The position numbers and the translations under genes were made by a program. This document shows, one piece after another, positions 51,825-64,000 of a stretch of DNA of 64,000 bases; position 1 is the stretch's first letter; each line of letters starts with the position of its first letter. The notes under the pieces were generated by a model that did not search any database, had not been told where the DNA came from, and saw only the letters and a list, made by a program, of their open reading frames with translations. This stretch comes from Rhynchobatus australiae (taxonomy: Eukaryota), in contig JAUZTB010000135.1 in NCBI GenBank assembly GCA_034780895.1, positions 98,227,747 to 98,291,746 of the forward strand, given 5' to 3'.

Positions 51825-52734
51825 TGAGTGGTGAACCAGCTCGTGTCCTGATTCTCAAATTTCAGGATCTGTGCAGATATGAAGGAAACAGAAGTCCTGG
51901 AAATGGGGAGAAGAGGGTGGAGAAATTTTGATGACCGATTAACATTGTTTGCAAGTCCATAAGTCCTAATGGGAATAAAGACAAATTTTACTTGAAACAG
52001 TAAATAATAAACATTTTGTTTTATTTAATAAATCCATGTTAGAGTTATGAAGTAATAGTTTGTAGTCTGCTGAATTTGATTTATTTACCATAGCATATTT
52101 ACCATACCAAGCACGTTGTAATAATAGGATTTATTCCTGAGCTTTCTGATGAAATGTCAGAAACATTATGAAACATAAAATGTTCCAACAAATTAAGCAG
52201 TGTAATTGTATATAAACAGAACACGATAGGCTGTAGAATTGAAAGATATGTAAACTTAGCTAACATATAGCTGTAACTGGACATTTCCTTTGCTTCAAAT
52301 AGAAGAACGTAAAAATCACATCAGAATTGAACAAAACTTGATCTGGACTGTTTGAAATTCACCTGCTTCTTTCCAGCAAGTTTTTGATGTGGTTTTTGTG
52401 TGAGCACCCCCCAAATGGCTGCTACACTGAGAACATGCAGCAAATTTACAATATTTATGTGATCTTTATGTCTTTGAGAATATTTTAGCCTTATAATAGG
52501 GAAATTCCATATACCCAAAAGGCTAAATGTAGAAACACAATCCCTGCTGCCTGTGGTAATTGGTCCATTATGGTTAAGTGCACTGTTTAAGTTTAATAAC
52601 TTGCTCGATTGCTGGATTACTTTGATGTTTTATTTTGATTCTTTTTCAGTGCCATCATCCCTTTTCTTGATTGCAAGCAAAACAAATGATAGCAGCAAAC
52701 ATTCTAGCATGGAAGTGTCATACCCACGCTAACT

Positions 52735-53208
52735 GGATTAGAGGGCAGGAGCTATAAGGAAAGGTTGATCGAACTTGGGTTGTTTTCCCTGCAGTGACAG
52801 AGGTTGAGGGGAGACCTGATAGAGGTTTATAAGATTATGAGAGGCACAGATAGGGTAGACAGCCGGTATCTTTTTTCCAGGGTCAAAATGTCTAATACCA
52901 GAGGGCGCGCATTTAAGGTGAGACAGGGAAAATTTAAAGGAGATGTGTGGGGAAAGTATTTTACACAGTGAGTGGTGTTTTTTTTACACAGTGCCTGGAA
53001 TGCTCGCTGGGCGTGGTGGTGGAGGCAGGAACGATAGAAGCATTCAAGAGGCTCTTAGAGAGGCACGTGAATATTGCAGAAAATGGAGGGATATGGATTG
53101 TGTACAGGCAGAAGGGATTAATTTAATTAGATGCCATTAGCTTAATTAGTTTGGCACAGCATTGTGGACCGAAAGGCCTGTTCCTGTGCTAGACTGTTCT
53201 ATGTTCTA
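52735..53208 (+). mobile_element. CR1/HER1-type LINE 3' end, same subfamily as 12657-13195
   Basis: SYKERLIELGLFSLQ*QRLRGDLIEVYKIMRGTDRVD..SNTRGRAFKVR and tail ggaccgaaaggcctgttcctgtgctagactgttctatgttct. Confidence 0.92.
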
Positions 53209-53399
53209 CTTTCGATGTTCTACCATATCAGCTTTGGCTCTTGAGCAAGCCCAGCTACTTCTGACCTTTCTGACTGGACAGTGTTACAGATATCAAGCCA
53301 AGTAGTTGGCAGGGCCAAGGCCATTATATGATGCAAAATATTGTGTTATGTCCACCTGGCACTGTGGCAATGCCTTGTACTCACTGATGATTGCATCAT

Positions 53400-54145
53400 A
53401 TTCACACATTCCCAGATATTCCCAGTACCTTATCGTAAGACTTTAGCAACATTCAGATTTGAGCAACAGAGGAATCTAATGAACTCCCTTTGACCTTCAA
53501 TGGCACATTGAGCACTAAATCCCCCACCATCAGCATCTTGGGGATCACTACTGACAGAGCGTTAACTGGACAAGGCATAAAATACTGTGTATTCAAGAGC
53601 AGAAGGGCGGATACACTGAGGGAAGTGACTCACATTCAAATTCCCCAAACCCTTTCCATAATCTGCAAGGCGCAGGTCAGAAGTGTGGTTGAGTACTCTC
53701 TGCTTCCCTGCATGAGCAGAAGATGAAAAAAGCTGAAGAAGCTTCGCATTATTCAGTATAAGGCTGCCCACTCGATCAGCATCTGATCTAACTCCTTCCA
53801 ACAACAGTGTACCATGTTGGTGGTGACCTTCACAAGGTGCACTGCAGCAACTCACCAAGGCTTCTTTGTTTGGACTTCCCAAACCTGCAACCTCTATCAC
53901 TTGGTAGGCTGACAGCATAGGTGCATGGGGTCACCGCAACCACCCTGACCTGGAAATATGTCTTTGTTCATCTTCACTGGGTGCAAATACTAGAACTTTC
54001 TACCCAACGTTTGGGAACATTTCACCTGAGAAAATGCGGTTATTCAAGTAGGCTGATCCCCACTGGCTTCTCAAATCCAGTCAGGAATGGTCATTAAATG
54101 CTTGTCTTGCCAGTGACGCTTATTTTCCATAATTTAATAAAAATG
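53400..54145 (+). mobile_element. Old CR1/L2-group LINE 3' end
   Basis: ORF 53490-53726 reads TFNGTLSTKSPTISILGITTD..PQTLSIICKAQVRSVVEYSLLPCM; the 3' UTR ends taaatgcttgtcttgccagtgacgc..aataaaaa. Confidence 0.8.
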
Positions 54146-56164
54146 CATCAGGTATTGAAAGGCTTTGGCATTCTGAAATAAAATCTGAATTAAAATATTG
54201 AGCCCACGTTTACCAGTAGTACCAGGAACATAGTGGCCTGAAATTGAATAACTATCTGGATTCGTGTCAGGAATCTTGATTCAGATTGTGACATGATATT
54301 GATTATTGGTTGATCTAGTCAGATACATTGAATTCATCTCTTTCTTCTCTTAATTATGTTACAAGATATCGATATGATTTGAGCCTTCTGGCCACTCCAC
54401 TCAACTTTCATTTCATTTCTGTACTCACTATGAAAGCTGATAATATTTAAGTTATGTTCACAGAGGTTTCTGAATGTGCAAGTTTCTGATAAGTTCTATT
54501 TTAGCCTTTGGCATTTTGTCTTAATAAGTAAAAATATATTATATAAACAAAACCCTTCCCCCAATTGTCCTTTAGGGACATAAAACTTAAAACTTCCTGT
54601 CACCATTGATAAATACAAGCTTTACACCAATGCAGATTTCATCCATAGCTTACAAAATGACATGGTTGTGAAATGATTTGATATTCCTTTCTCAATACAC
54701 AAGTCATAGATAAGTATCGTTGGCTCCATATACTCTGCTTGCCTGAGTTATAACCCCAAACCTCTGTTTAAACCCGACCTTGAACAAGGATGCATTCAAG
54801 GTCCTGGGCCAAAATCCAAATCTCTGAACAACAGAAGGAAATACGTCCTTTGGAACTCATTATCTCTAAAAACTGAGATGCAACGTTATCAATAATCTTT
54901 CTGATCTCTGGGGAGTTGGTGCAGTTATGCAAGATTTTGCTGCTATGTTGTAAAACATCTGTACTATTTTACAATCATTGTGAAAGCAGTTTGTTTGCAG
55001 GATGAGAGTGTATCCATGGTATGAATTTAATCAATCATTAATTGCTTTATACTTGTTTTTGAGGTTAGTTAATCAGAGTTCCTTGACCTCAACCTTAGTT
55101 NNNNNNNNNNNNNNNNNNNNNNNNNNNNNNNNNNNNNNNNNNNNNNNNNNNNNNNNNNNNNNNNNNNNNNNNNNNNNNNNNNNNNNNNNNNNNNNNNNNN
55201 NNNNNNNNNNNNNNNNNNNNNNNNNNNNNNNNNNNNNNNNNNNNNNNNNNNNNNNNNNNNNTTTTGCATTTAAAGAACTTTGCTGACTTCAGAGGACAAA
55301 TAGTGATTATTGCAAACTAATTATGAACAAAGCCAATTTTAGAAACTTACCTAGCCCAGCTTTAATATTCTTCAAATGTTGCCGACTCACACTGCTTTAG
55401 AAACAGATGTTACTGGATTGAAACAATTTAGTAGAATAATGTTTAGATGCGGGACTATAGAGTCACTGGCATAATTAGCTCTCCCCTTCCATTTTGTTAT
55501 GATTCTGTATTTGCTTACTTATTTGGGAAAGAAAATTATAATATTACAAGATAAAATAGAATATTATTCCACCTTGGTCAAATGTAAATCAATAAATTGT
55601 GAACTCCATCAGTCAATGGTTATTCTCTCCCCTGCCTGAAAAAATGGTTGTAATGACATCAGTTAGATCCACGTCAAATGAATGTTGGCAAAGCCAGCCA
55701 TGGAAGCCAGCGATGAGCAAAGCATCTTGTGGAGCTGCAAGTCTGTTTGGAGACAGCAGTGAGACACATGAAGTTTGTTTTGTCACCTATACCAGCAGTG
55801 GGGCAGTCAACAGATGACATTGAAAAGCCCCATACTCAGGAGATACCCTACGCATTACAGTCACGGCCTTTAGTCAACAACGTGCTCAAACATGGGGAGA
55901 GGACAGAACTGAATAATCAACGATTGCAACAGTTGTGGTAACCAATAGCAATGACTGTGGTGCAACCAATCTTTATTGTCTAAAACAACAGTTGTCTGGT
56001 ATGAAGAACAGTCCAAAGGTGACAGCAAGGGGAAACTTGAATAACCTTGGCTTCTGTTTATCAGCAGCAAAGTTCAGCAAGGATGTATTTTCTTGAAAAA
56101 CTTTTCTTTTTCTTAGGCAGCCTTGCACGGTCGAGGACAACTTGCTTCCTGTTTTGTAGTAGAT

Positions 56165-56515
56165 AATGGAACTGCAGATTTTTCCACAGATGGAGCAGGA
56201 GGAACCTGAGGGGTGGGTGTGGGCTGTCTGCGCACTTCCTGCGCACTTCTCCCACCACTTTTGCAGGCCTTCTTTGTGCTTCCAATGAACAGCCTCAAAG
56301 CTGTCAACTTTGGACCATCATTGGCAAGAGATTCCCACGGGTCAGTGAAGATGTTGCATTTCTTTTCCCGAGCTCTGAGGATGTCCTTTAATCTTTTCCT
56401 TAATCTGCTAGTCTGCTATAGTATAACAAGGGCCTCAGCGCTGGTGATGTTGGCCCGGGAGAGGACGTTGGTTTGCTTATCCTACCACTGAATTTGGAGG
56501 ATTTTATAGAGCATT
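56165..56515 (-). mobile_element. RTE-clade LINE 3' fragment with an internal deletion
   Basis: Minus strand reads LYKILQIQW*DKQTNVLSRANITSAEALV, then RKRLKDILRAREKKCNIFTDPWESLANDGPK, matching the RTE ORF C-terminal motifs IL.I.W.D..TN..VL and RKR.KD.LK..L..W...A.DR. Confidence 0.8.
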
Positions 56516-59314
56516 AATGTTATGTTTCCAGTACCTTGAGTTGTCTACAGGTCTACAGATCTACAGATCTCAACAACTACAGGTTGTCGGGATCTCAGAG
56601 GTATTTAGTGTGGCAGGAACGAAAGTTTTACATTTGCATAGCTCACCATGTTATCCAACAATGTACAAAAGGAGCGCGAGATTGTTGAGCCAAACACAGG
56701 GATAAAGGTAAAAATACCTATGAAAAAGATTGTTACATTTTTGACATGAGGTTCATATTCAATTCACAATCTCGATGAAATTGTCAGTTACTAGAAATTA
56801 AACTGTGGAGCTCTTTCACATTTGATACACTTTGCATAAAACTGTTTACCAAAACCAACTGCCAGCTTTGAGGGTTACAAAGCAATGTTATTACAAGCCA
56901 GAAAACTGTTCAAGTTGCGGGCGATGATCACTGTGCCAGTTTGTCTTATTACACTTGAATAATTTAATGATGAATGTGATGCACAATAGGAATAGTACAT
57001 ATTGTCCCGGCTTTAATTCTACGTAATACAATTTGCATTGAATTTATGAAAAAAACCAAAATTCTGGAGTACCATTGTCAGTGCAGGAAAATCAGAATTG
57101 GAATCTTATAAATATATCTCCTCCTCAGGCTTGCATCTTATGCAGTTTGTGCACAGAGATTAATAAAAGCTCATTTCTACTCGATACTTGATTAAAATTG
57201 GTGACTGGAACATTGGAAGCACTGAGAATGGGGAATACTGATCCCTGTGGCTTATTGTCCATTAAGCCCTCCCACTGAGTCAGGCTTTGTGCTGGGACAC
57301 TTTCTCATAAAACTTATCCCACTGAGTCTAGTAAACTTTTACTTTTGCATTTTTGAAAACTCATGAGGCCTACAATAAAGAAGTTTATTCAGAATTTGGA
57401 ACAAACCAAAGCAAAATGTGCTGCTCACTGTATAGATAATTTTATACAAGGAAAGTAGCCCCATAACTCGTATACCTTCATATGGTAAGAGGCCCCTGCT
57501 AAATTATAATAATACACAATGGCTGAAGTGTGCATCTCTAAGTACCCACACTAAAATTTAACATGGTGTCAGAGTATGTTTTGTCTAGCTGGATCCAGGA
57601 GTTGTAAAAATACCATATCACACTGGGCCCTGTATGGTGTTTTATTTATATAATTAAGTGCATAAATTTCTCTATGTTTTCACTGTATGAATAGAAAACG
57701 ACTTGACTTTCATTGTGATGCTGCTTTCTATTATTCACAGATCTAAATGCATGGAACAAACACAATTAAAGTTTGGTAATGTAGCTTCATTGTGCATCTC
57801 CGCTTTGAAACACATGAGACGCGGATGTGCACAATGGGAAAATGTCTCAGGTACATTTGAAGAACAAATGCACAGCTTGGATGGGATGTTGGATGGACGT
57901 GGTGGAACATGCAGCATGAACGCTTTTTGTTGTTCATTGACAGAGGGATTAAAAATTGGGAAAGTAAGAAGAGGTGATTGAAGTACTGTGATGAGGTAGC
58001 TGGGACCTGGAGTCGCCCATTCGTTTCATGGTTGATCTGTAGCTCCGTTCCATTTATTCTCCTATCTCTTGCAATAACTTAGTATTTTGTTAGCAAAAGA
58101 CAAACTTTGCTGTGGTTCTACAATCAGATGCTTTCATTGGGAAATGACACTCAGAAAGGACTCATTACTAGTTCATTTATATTATGCTGCACATCATGGG
58201 GTGCGTGCCTGCACTTTCACGACATCCGGTCCCTGTAAAGCACTGCTTCCTACTCATTGGTTTCAGTCAATACAAATAAGGATGACAGAAAGAGACAAAA
58301 ATACTGGAAACACAAAACCAAGCCAGATATTGTTATGAATGTTCAGTAGGTCTGTCCCATTCTGTAAAGCGAAAAGACAGGATTTTAAATATTCTCTTTC
58401 ATCAAAGTTGTAAGAAAAATAAACATACATTAATAATATGAAATTTATGATTTTTTTCTGAATTAGGCATGGTGATCAGATTAATAGAATTACTAACTTC
58501 TATACTTGATTCCTTTCTCAATATATTGCAAAACCATTTACACAGATCTTCTTCATTGGATTTATGGAATTTAATTGTACATCCTCAAAACTGGGGAGCA
58601 TTTGCTTCCGCTGTCTATCTATACTTCACCATCTCTGGCACCAAGAACAGAGTTCTTCTTTGACTTTGAAGTGGTTAAGTAGCGAACTATGAATAAAACT
58701 GAATTACCAGCCCAAAGCATTTAAACATTTTAATATGCATCATGTAATATATTTTGCTTCAGATATGCTTGGACCATAATAAAGGTTTGATTAGGGAGTC
58801 CTTAATGTAAAGAAGAGTGCTTCTAAAGCATGATGAGTAGATTTCACAGAATATTGTTTTTGGAAATTAAGCTCATCTGCTTAATAACTTCTTCCAAATT
58901 TATTAAATGTTATCATATTCCTAGTAAAGATAAANNNNNNNNNNNNNNNNNNNNNNNNNNNNNNNNNNNNNNNNNNNNNNNNNNNNNNNNNNNNNNNNNN
59001 NNNNNNNNNNNGTGGGGACCAGAATGCGGTAAGTGTCATACTCTGACACTTGGCTGCCGTGGACAATGGAGATCACCACAATTACGGGTCTACAGCCCAT
59101 TTTAGTGCTAACATTGAATCAGTTCAGGGACACCACACTGAGATTTCTTGGTGACCTGTCAGCTAAAGACATTTGGGGTCCGAGCAGCCTGTAACAACCT
59201 CAATTCCCATCCTGGGACTATTGTCCCTATCCTGGGAGTATTAGCCACCCTCAAAATAAGAAAGAACTTTGTACCATTTGAATTGATGGTTTGCTGTTCT
59301 CCATAATAGAGTCA

Positions 59315-59520
59315 TCAAATTGTTATGTCAGAGAAGGAGATCATTTGAGTTATCAGGTGTGTGCTGATTTTCAGTAGAGCAATCCATTCCCACTTCCCTG
59401 CTTCCCTATAGTCCTGCAAATTATTTTCCCTCAAATATTCATCCAATTCCTTGGCTGAGCTGACTTTTACCAGCCTTACAGGCAGTGAGTACCAGGTCAT
59501 AAGCGCCCTCTAAAGTTTCT
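59315..59520 (-). mobile_element. Degraded CR1-type LINE 3' end next to a gap
   Basis: ORF 59315-59500 reads TWYSLPVRLVKVSSAKELDEYLRENNLQDYRE. Confidence 0.7.
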
Positions 59521-61699
59521 NNNNNNNNNNNNNNNNNNNNNNNNNNNNNNNNNNNNNNNNNNNNNNNNNNNNNNNNNNNNNNNNNNNNNNNNNNNNNNNN
59601 NNNNNNNNNNNNNNNNNNNNNNNNNNNNNNNNNNNNNNNNNNNNNNNNNNNNNNNNNNNNNNNNNNNNNNNNNNNNNNNNNNNNNNNNNNNNNNNNNNNN
59701 NNNNNNNNNNNNNNNNNNNNNNNNNNNNNNNNNNNNNNNNNNNNNNNNNNNNNNNNNNNNNNNNNNNNNNNNNNNNNNNNNNNNNNNNNNNNNNNNNNNN
59801 NNNNNNNNNNNNNNNNNNNNNNNNNNNNNNNNNNNNNNNNNNNNNNNNNNNNNNNNNNNNNNNNNNNNNNNNNNNNNNNNNNNNNNNNNNNNNNNNNNNN
59901 NNNNNNNNNNNNNNNNNNNNNNNNNNNNNNNNNNNNNNNNNNNNNNNNNNNNNNNNNNNNNNNNNNNNNNNNNNNNNNNNNNNNNNNNNNNNNNNNNNNN
60001 NNNNNNNNNNNNNNNNNNNNNNNNNNNNNNNNNNNNNNNNNNNNNNNNNNNNNNNNNNNNNNNNNNNNNNNNNNNNNNNNNNNNNNNNNNNNNNNNNNNN
60101 NNNNNNNNNNNNNNNNNNNNNNNNNNNNNNNNNNNNNNNNNNNNNNNNNNNNNNNNNNNNNNNNNNNNNNNNNNNNNNNNNNNNNNNNNNNNNNNNNNNN
60201 NNNNNNNNNNNNNNNNNNNNNNNNNNNNNNNNNNNNNNNNNNNNNNNNNNNNNNNNNNNNNNNNNNNNNNNNNNNNNNNNNNNNNNNNNNNNNNNNNNNN
60301 NNNNNNNNNNNNNNNNNNNNNNNNNNNNNNNNNNNNNNNNNNNNNNNNNNNNNNNNNNNNNNNNNNNNNNNNNNNNNNNNNNNNNNNNNNNNNNNNNNNN
60401 NNNNNNNNNNNNNNNNNNNNNNNNNNNNNNNNNNNNNNNNNNNNNNNNNNNNNNNNNNNNNNNNNNNNNNNNNNNNNNNNNNNNNNNNNNNNNNNNNNNN
60501 NNNNGGGAGACTTTCTTCTTAAGATGGGCAGGTTAAATTCATAGTTCATGGGAGAGAAGGTGGTTGACAAGAGCCCGAAACAATTTTATCTGTCTGTTTA
60601 CCAGTTCAGTTACTGCCAGATGAGCAGAACTAATGAGAGTGAAGCTTCTAGCAATGACAGCTAAGGGTTAGGACTGAATATTATGCACAGTTATATACGC
60701 TGAGAAATTTTATGGAGAAAGAAAAATGGCAAAAATATCAGAAAGATATCAAAAATATCTGAATTTGGAGACAAAAGCAGAAAGTGCTCAAAGGAAAAAT
60801 ATGTCCATATTGTAGATGGGAACTGTAAACTGTTCTTAGCCTTTTCTCTCTTCAAATGCTGATGGACCGGCTCCATATTGCAGCAGTTTTTGCATTTATT
60901 TCCAAATCAAATCAAAAGTGGTGCTTTAAACCATCTGAACGTAGTTTTGACATTTCTAAATATGTTATTATATTTTGCTGTACCAAGAACTGAAAAATAT
61001 GGCTTTGATAGTTGCCAAGCCCCACATTTGGACAGAAAAAATTCTTTGAAACAGCATATCATGTAAAAACATCGAGATTCAGGTTTCCTTTGAAGTTGCC
61101 AATTTGAGTACCTGTATTGTATGGAAAAGTCAGATTCAATCATGCCAAACTAACAGCAGGCTGAGCTAAAGTTCTTAATCATGTTGGTACCATACTGTTC
61201 CCGAAACATAATTGTTCACACTGCAAAGTTCACATCTGAAGAGCATTTTCATTACGATTCTTCAGTTCTGCTTTCATAATTATAGATATGAAAAACACCA
61301 ATTGTTGGGTTTGGCACCAATGCTGACTACAACAAATTTATTTACGGGGGTGTTCTCAAGTAACAAAGCATGTCAGAAGAAACATTTTCTACCCCAAGGG
61401 CTGAAGTTGCGGAACTGGAGTGTAGTAAGGTTAAGATTCGTTGGATCAGGCTGCANNNNNNNNNNNNNNTTTTCCCAGCTTATGGTGTTTAGGTTTCTGC
61501 TTTAACCCTTCTGTGTATCGCATCACAAGCAAAGTATTTAACTTCATTTGAAAGGAAAAGATAATAGTCACAGAAGGAATAAATTCAATTCTTCAGCCAT
61601 CCCTCTGTGACCACTTTCTTCTGTTTGCCACCTTGGCATCTCGTATCAGGTTTTGAACTTCCATACCCAGAACCTGAACTGCCTACTTTCACCTTATGG

Positions 61700-62255
61700 A
61701 GGCGGTACTGAACTTCAGACCTGTTGTAGCTCAGGTGCTGAAACTTTTGTTCTCCCCCTTGTCATCCCCAGACTCAACTATTCCACAGATCTCCTGGCTG
61801 CACTCCCATCTAAAGCTCATTAACACTTCCACTGTTTACCAATCACTCATGTGCTCACTGTGCTGCCTCGACTTCTGGTCTGACAATGTTTCTGTTTTAA
61901 AGTTCCCCTCCTACTTTTCATATCCCTTCCAACACCTTGCTCCTCTCCACTGTTCTAGTCTCCTCCATTTCCACAGCCCAGAAATCCACAGATCCGGTCT
62001 GCTGTACAGCCCTATTGCCCCACCACTCATGGCCCTCTCTTCAGCTGCTGAGGAGCCAAGTTCTGGAATTCCCTCCTCAAGTCTTCCTGCCTCACTCTCC
62101 TCCTTTAAGGATTCCAGTGAAATGGGATTCTTTGACCAAACATGTGGTCATCTACCTGAAGAGATTAGAACCAGATTTTGTTTGAAATCGTTCCTGTGAA
62201 GCACCGCGAGGTAGTTTACTGCTTGAAGGCATCATATAGATGCTAGTAGTTGTAG
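61700..62255 (+). mobile_element. Degraded L2 LINE 3' end
   Basis: ttcagctgctgaggagccaagttctggaattccctc (FSC*GAKFWNSL), SLSSFK, FFDQTCG and tail cctgtgaagcacc..gaaggcatcatatagatgctagtagttgt. Confidence 0.7.
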
Positions 62256-63316
62256 TCTAAATGAGTGGATAACAAGGACGTTCACTGGTACAAGTGTTTG
62301 CACTGTGTCTCCCTCCTTTATCTGAGCACCAATCAATGCCTTGAATTTTACCTTCTGTCATTTCCTATAATTTCATTTTAAATAATATAATTTGGTTGAA
62401 CTGAGTAGGAGTCGCTGAGCCTGATAATAAAAGGAGTGTGAATTAACAAAATGAATAGCAAGTTCACCTGTAAGTGCAGGAGCAAGAATGATCTGTCCGC
62501 CAAATATGTAGGCCCAAAGCTCAGTTGATATTCACCTTCAGGCATTGTCCACACCAGATCAGTGATCTGGATTTAGGTTCCATGCATCTCATAGTATTAA
62601 CCAGACATACAGTGGGTTTCACATACAAACCAATGCCAACCACTTCTACCTCAGCTCTGCCTTTCTTGAAACCTCTACATTCTGATTTATCACACTACTT
62701 TTGCATTATGGATACCAGAAATTTCACCCCGCTGAATGCTGCTAATTAAAAAACCCTTTTGTCTCAGCCACAACCCCCGATCTTTAATTGCTGATGGCAT
62801 CACTCTCCTTAGCCACTGAACCAGACCGCTCATAACCTTGGTGTTGAACTTAACCCCAATATATGCTTCTGATCTAAGGTCTGTTCACCTGCCAAGCCAA
62901 CTTCTTCTGCAACATCACTCGATTCCGCCTCTGCTTCANNNNNNNNNNNNNNNNATTGGATGCAATTGCATCCATTTTCTGCTTGTGAAATGTCCATGCA
63001 GTTATTGAATTTCAAAGCTTCAAGGTCCATATTTCCACCTGATCAGTAGAGCTGATCAGAACAACCACGTCCACATACATACTTCACAGAGATTGGCAGA
63101 AAGGCAAAAAACTCCCATTTCCTAAAAATAGCAATTTCTCTTTTAATTAATCTGCAGTCTTTTATATCATCATTTTTGTGTAGAAATCACCACTAAAATG
63201 GAAACAGCAGATTTTGAAAACATTTTTGTTTACAATGCCATTTTCTTTCAAGATGCTTAAACCAGATTTTACCTTTGCAGCATTTCCCTTCTATGACATT
63301 AAAACTAGTGACTAAT

Positions 63317-63570
63317 GGGCGGTACGGTAGCGTAGTGGTTAGCACGATGCTATTACAGCGCCAGCGACCCAGATTCGATTCCTGCTGCTGTCTGTAAGGA
63401 GCTTGTACGTTCCCCTGTGTCTGCATGGGTTTCCTCCGGGTGCTCCGGTTTCCTCCTACATTCTAAAAATGTACGGCTAGTTTAATTTGGAGTTTAAAAT
63501 GGGCAGCGCAGACTCATTGGGCCGGAAGGGCCTGTTACCACGCTGTAAATAAAATTTTAAAAAATTTAAA
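63317..63570 (+). mobile_element. HE1-like V-SINE, full length
   Basis: Pol III A box tagcgtagtgg (63328-63338), B box gattcgattcc (63372-63382, one mismatch), V-domain gggtttcctccgggtgctccggtttcctcctaca (63427-63460), CR1-type tail gggccggaagggcctgttacc and an AT-rich end. Confidence 0.9.
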
Positions 63571-64000
63571 CCTATCATTTATTACTTTCCCCGTGCCCTT
63601 TGCCCGACTAGTGTAATTACTCAAGCTTAACTTTAGAAGGAATCTCTAATAAAGTTTGACAGAGTTGCACATATACGGACACTATTTCTGATACTTCAGG
63701 AGTGTTTCCTTTCTTCTTGCTAAGAATAAGTTTTCATTATTCAGCTGACAGTATAATCAACTCTGTGCTCTGCCAGCTCTCTCAATGTTGCTCTCATCCA
63801 CTTAGTTGGTTATTAGTCTACATGTGACTTTAAATCCAACGAGGGAGACCTTTCACTTAGCTTCCAATATACAAAAGCCTTTTCTTCAGTGAATTCCTTT
63901 TGTTCAAAAAGTGACCTCTCTGCCATCCGTGTAGACAAGAAGCTGTAGGGCTCCTAAGATGGGTCAAAACCATTACCACTGCATAATAAGAATGTTTGTG

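Noticed and set aside
55345-55430. Minus-strand exon-like segment with a strong TAG|GTAAGT donor
   Set aside because: The 62-nt exon from the best acceptor has stops in all three frames, so there is no support as a coding exon.
55729-55941. 70-aa ORF in unassigned sequence
   Set aside because: It starts at GTG just after an in-frame stop, with no splice signals or recognised homology.
6170-60570. Long ORFs in the track that run across N-runs (e.g. 6170-6952, 27553-28575, 46712-47404, 59497-60570)
   Set aside because: They consist almost entirely of X from N-runs and are artefacts of assembly gaps.
61696-62199. 167-aa gap-free ORF
   Set aside because: It lies within a pyrimidine-rich decayed L2 3' end, and L2 motifs are scattered over different frames.
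63317-63390. tRNA-like sequence with A and B boxes
   Set aside because: It continues directly into a V-domain and LINE-derived tail, so it is a SINE head and not a tRNA gene.
63304-63614. actagtg repeated on both sides of the V-SINE, suggesting a TSD plus 3' transduction
   Set aside because: Only 7 bp, offset from both element ends, and CR1-mobilised elements often lack clear TSDs; likely chance.

Overview
AT-rich vertebrate non-coding DNA, most likely from a shark or ray. This is inferred from an HE1-like V-SINE, SacSINE1-like DeuSINEs and HER1/CR1-type LINE tails. About 7.3 kb lies in ~29 N-runs, and several exactly-100-N gaps have duplicated flanks that look like assembly artefacts. I can support no complete protein-coding gene, rRNA, tRNA or CRISPR array; every ORF over 200 aa in the track is a run of X across a gap. 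Recognisable content is decayed mobile DNA: CR1-type, Rex1/Babar-type, L2, RTE and an older CR1/L2-group LINE, Penelope-like (GIY-YIG) elements, tRNA-derived SINEs and MITEs, often nested. The most interesting signals are minimal hammerhead-ribozyme-like motifs in Penelope pseudo-LTRs (11848-11885), a ~140 bp palindrome made of two such units back to back (34481-34621), a near-full-length DeuSINE and a few unassigned candidate exons. Family names come from my recall of consensus motifs, not from database searches, and boundaries are approximate. I do not see convincing evidence of a new biological system.
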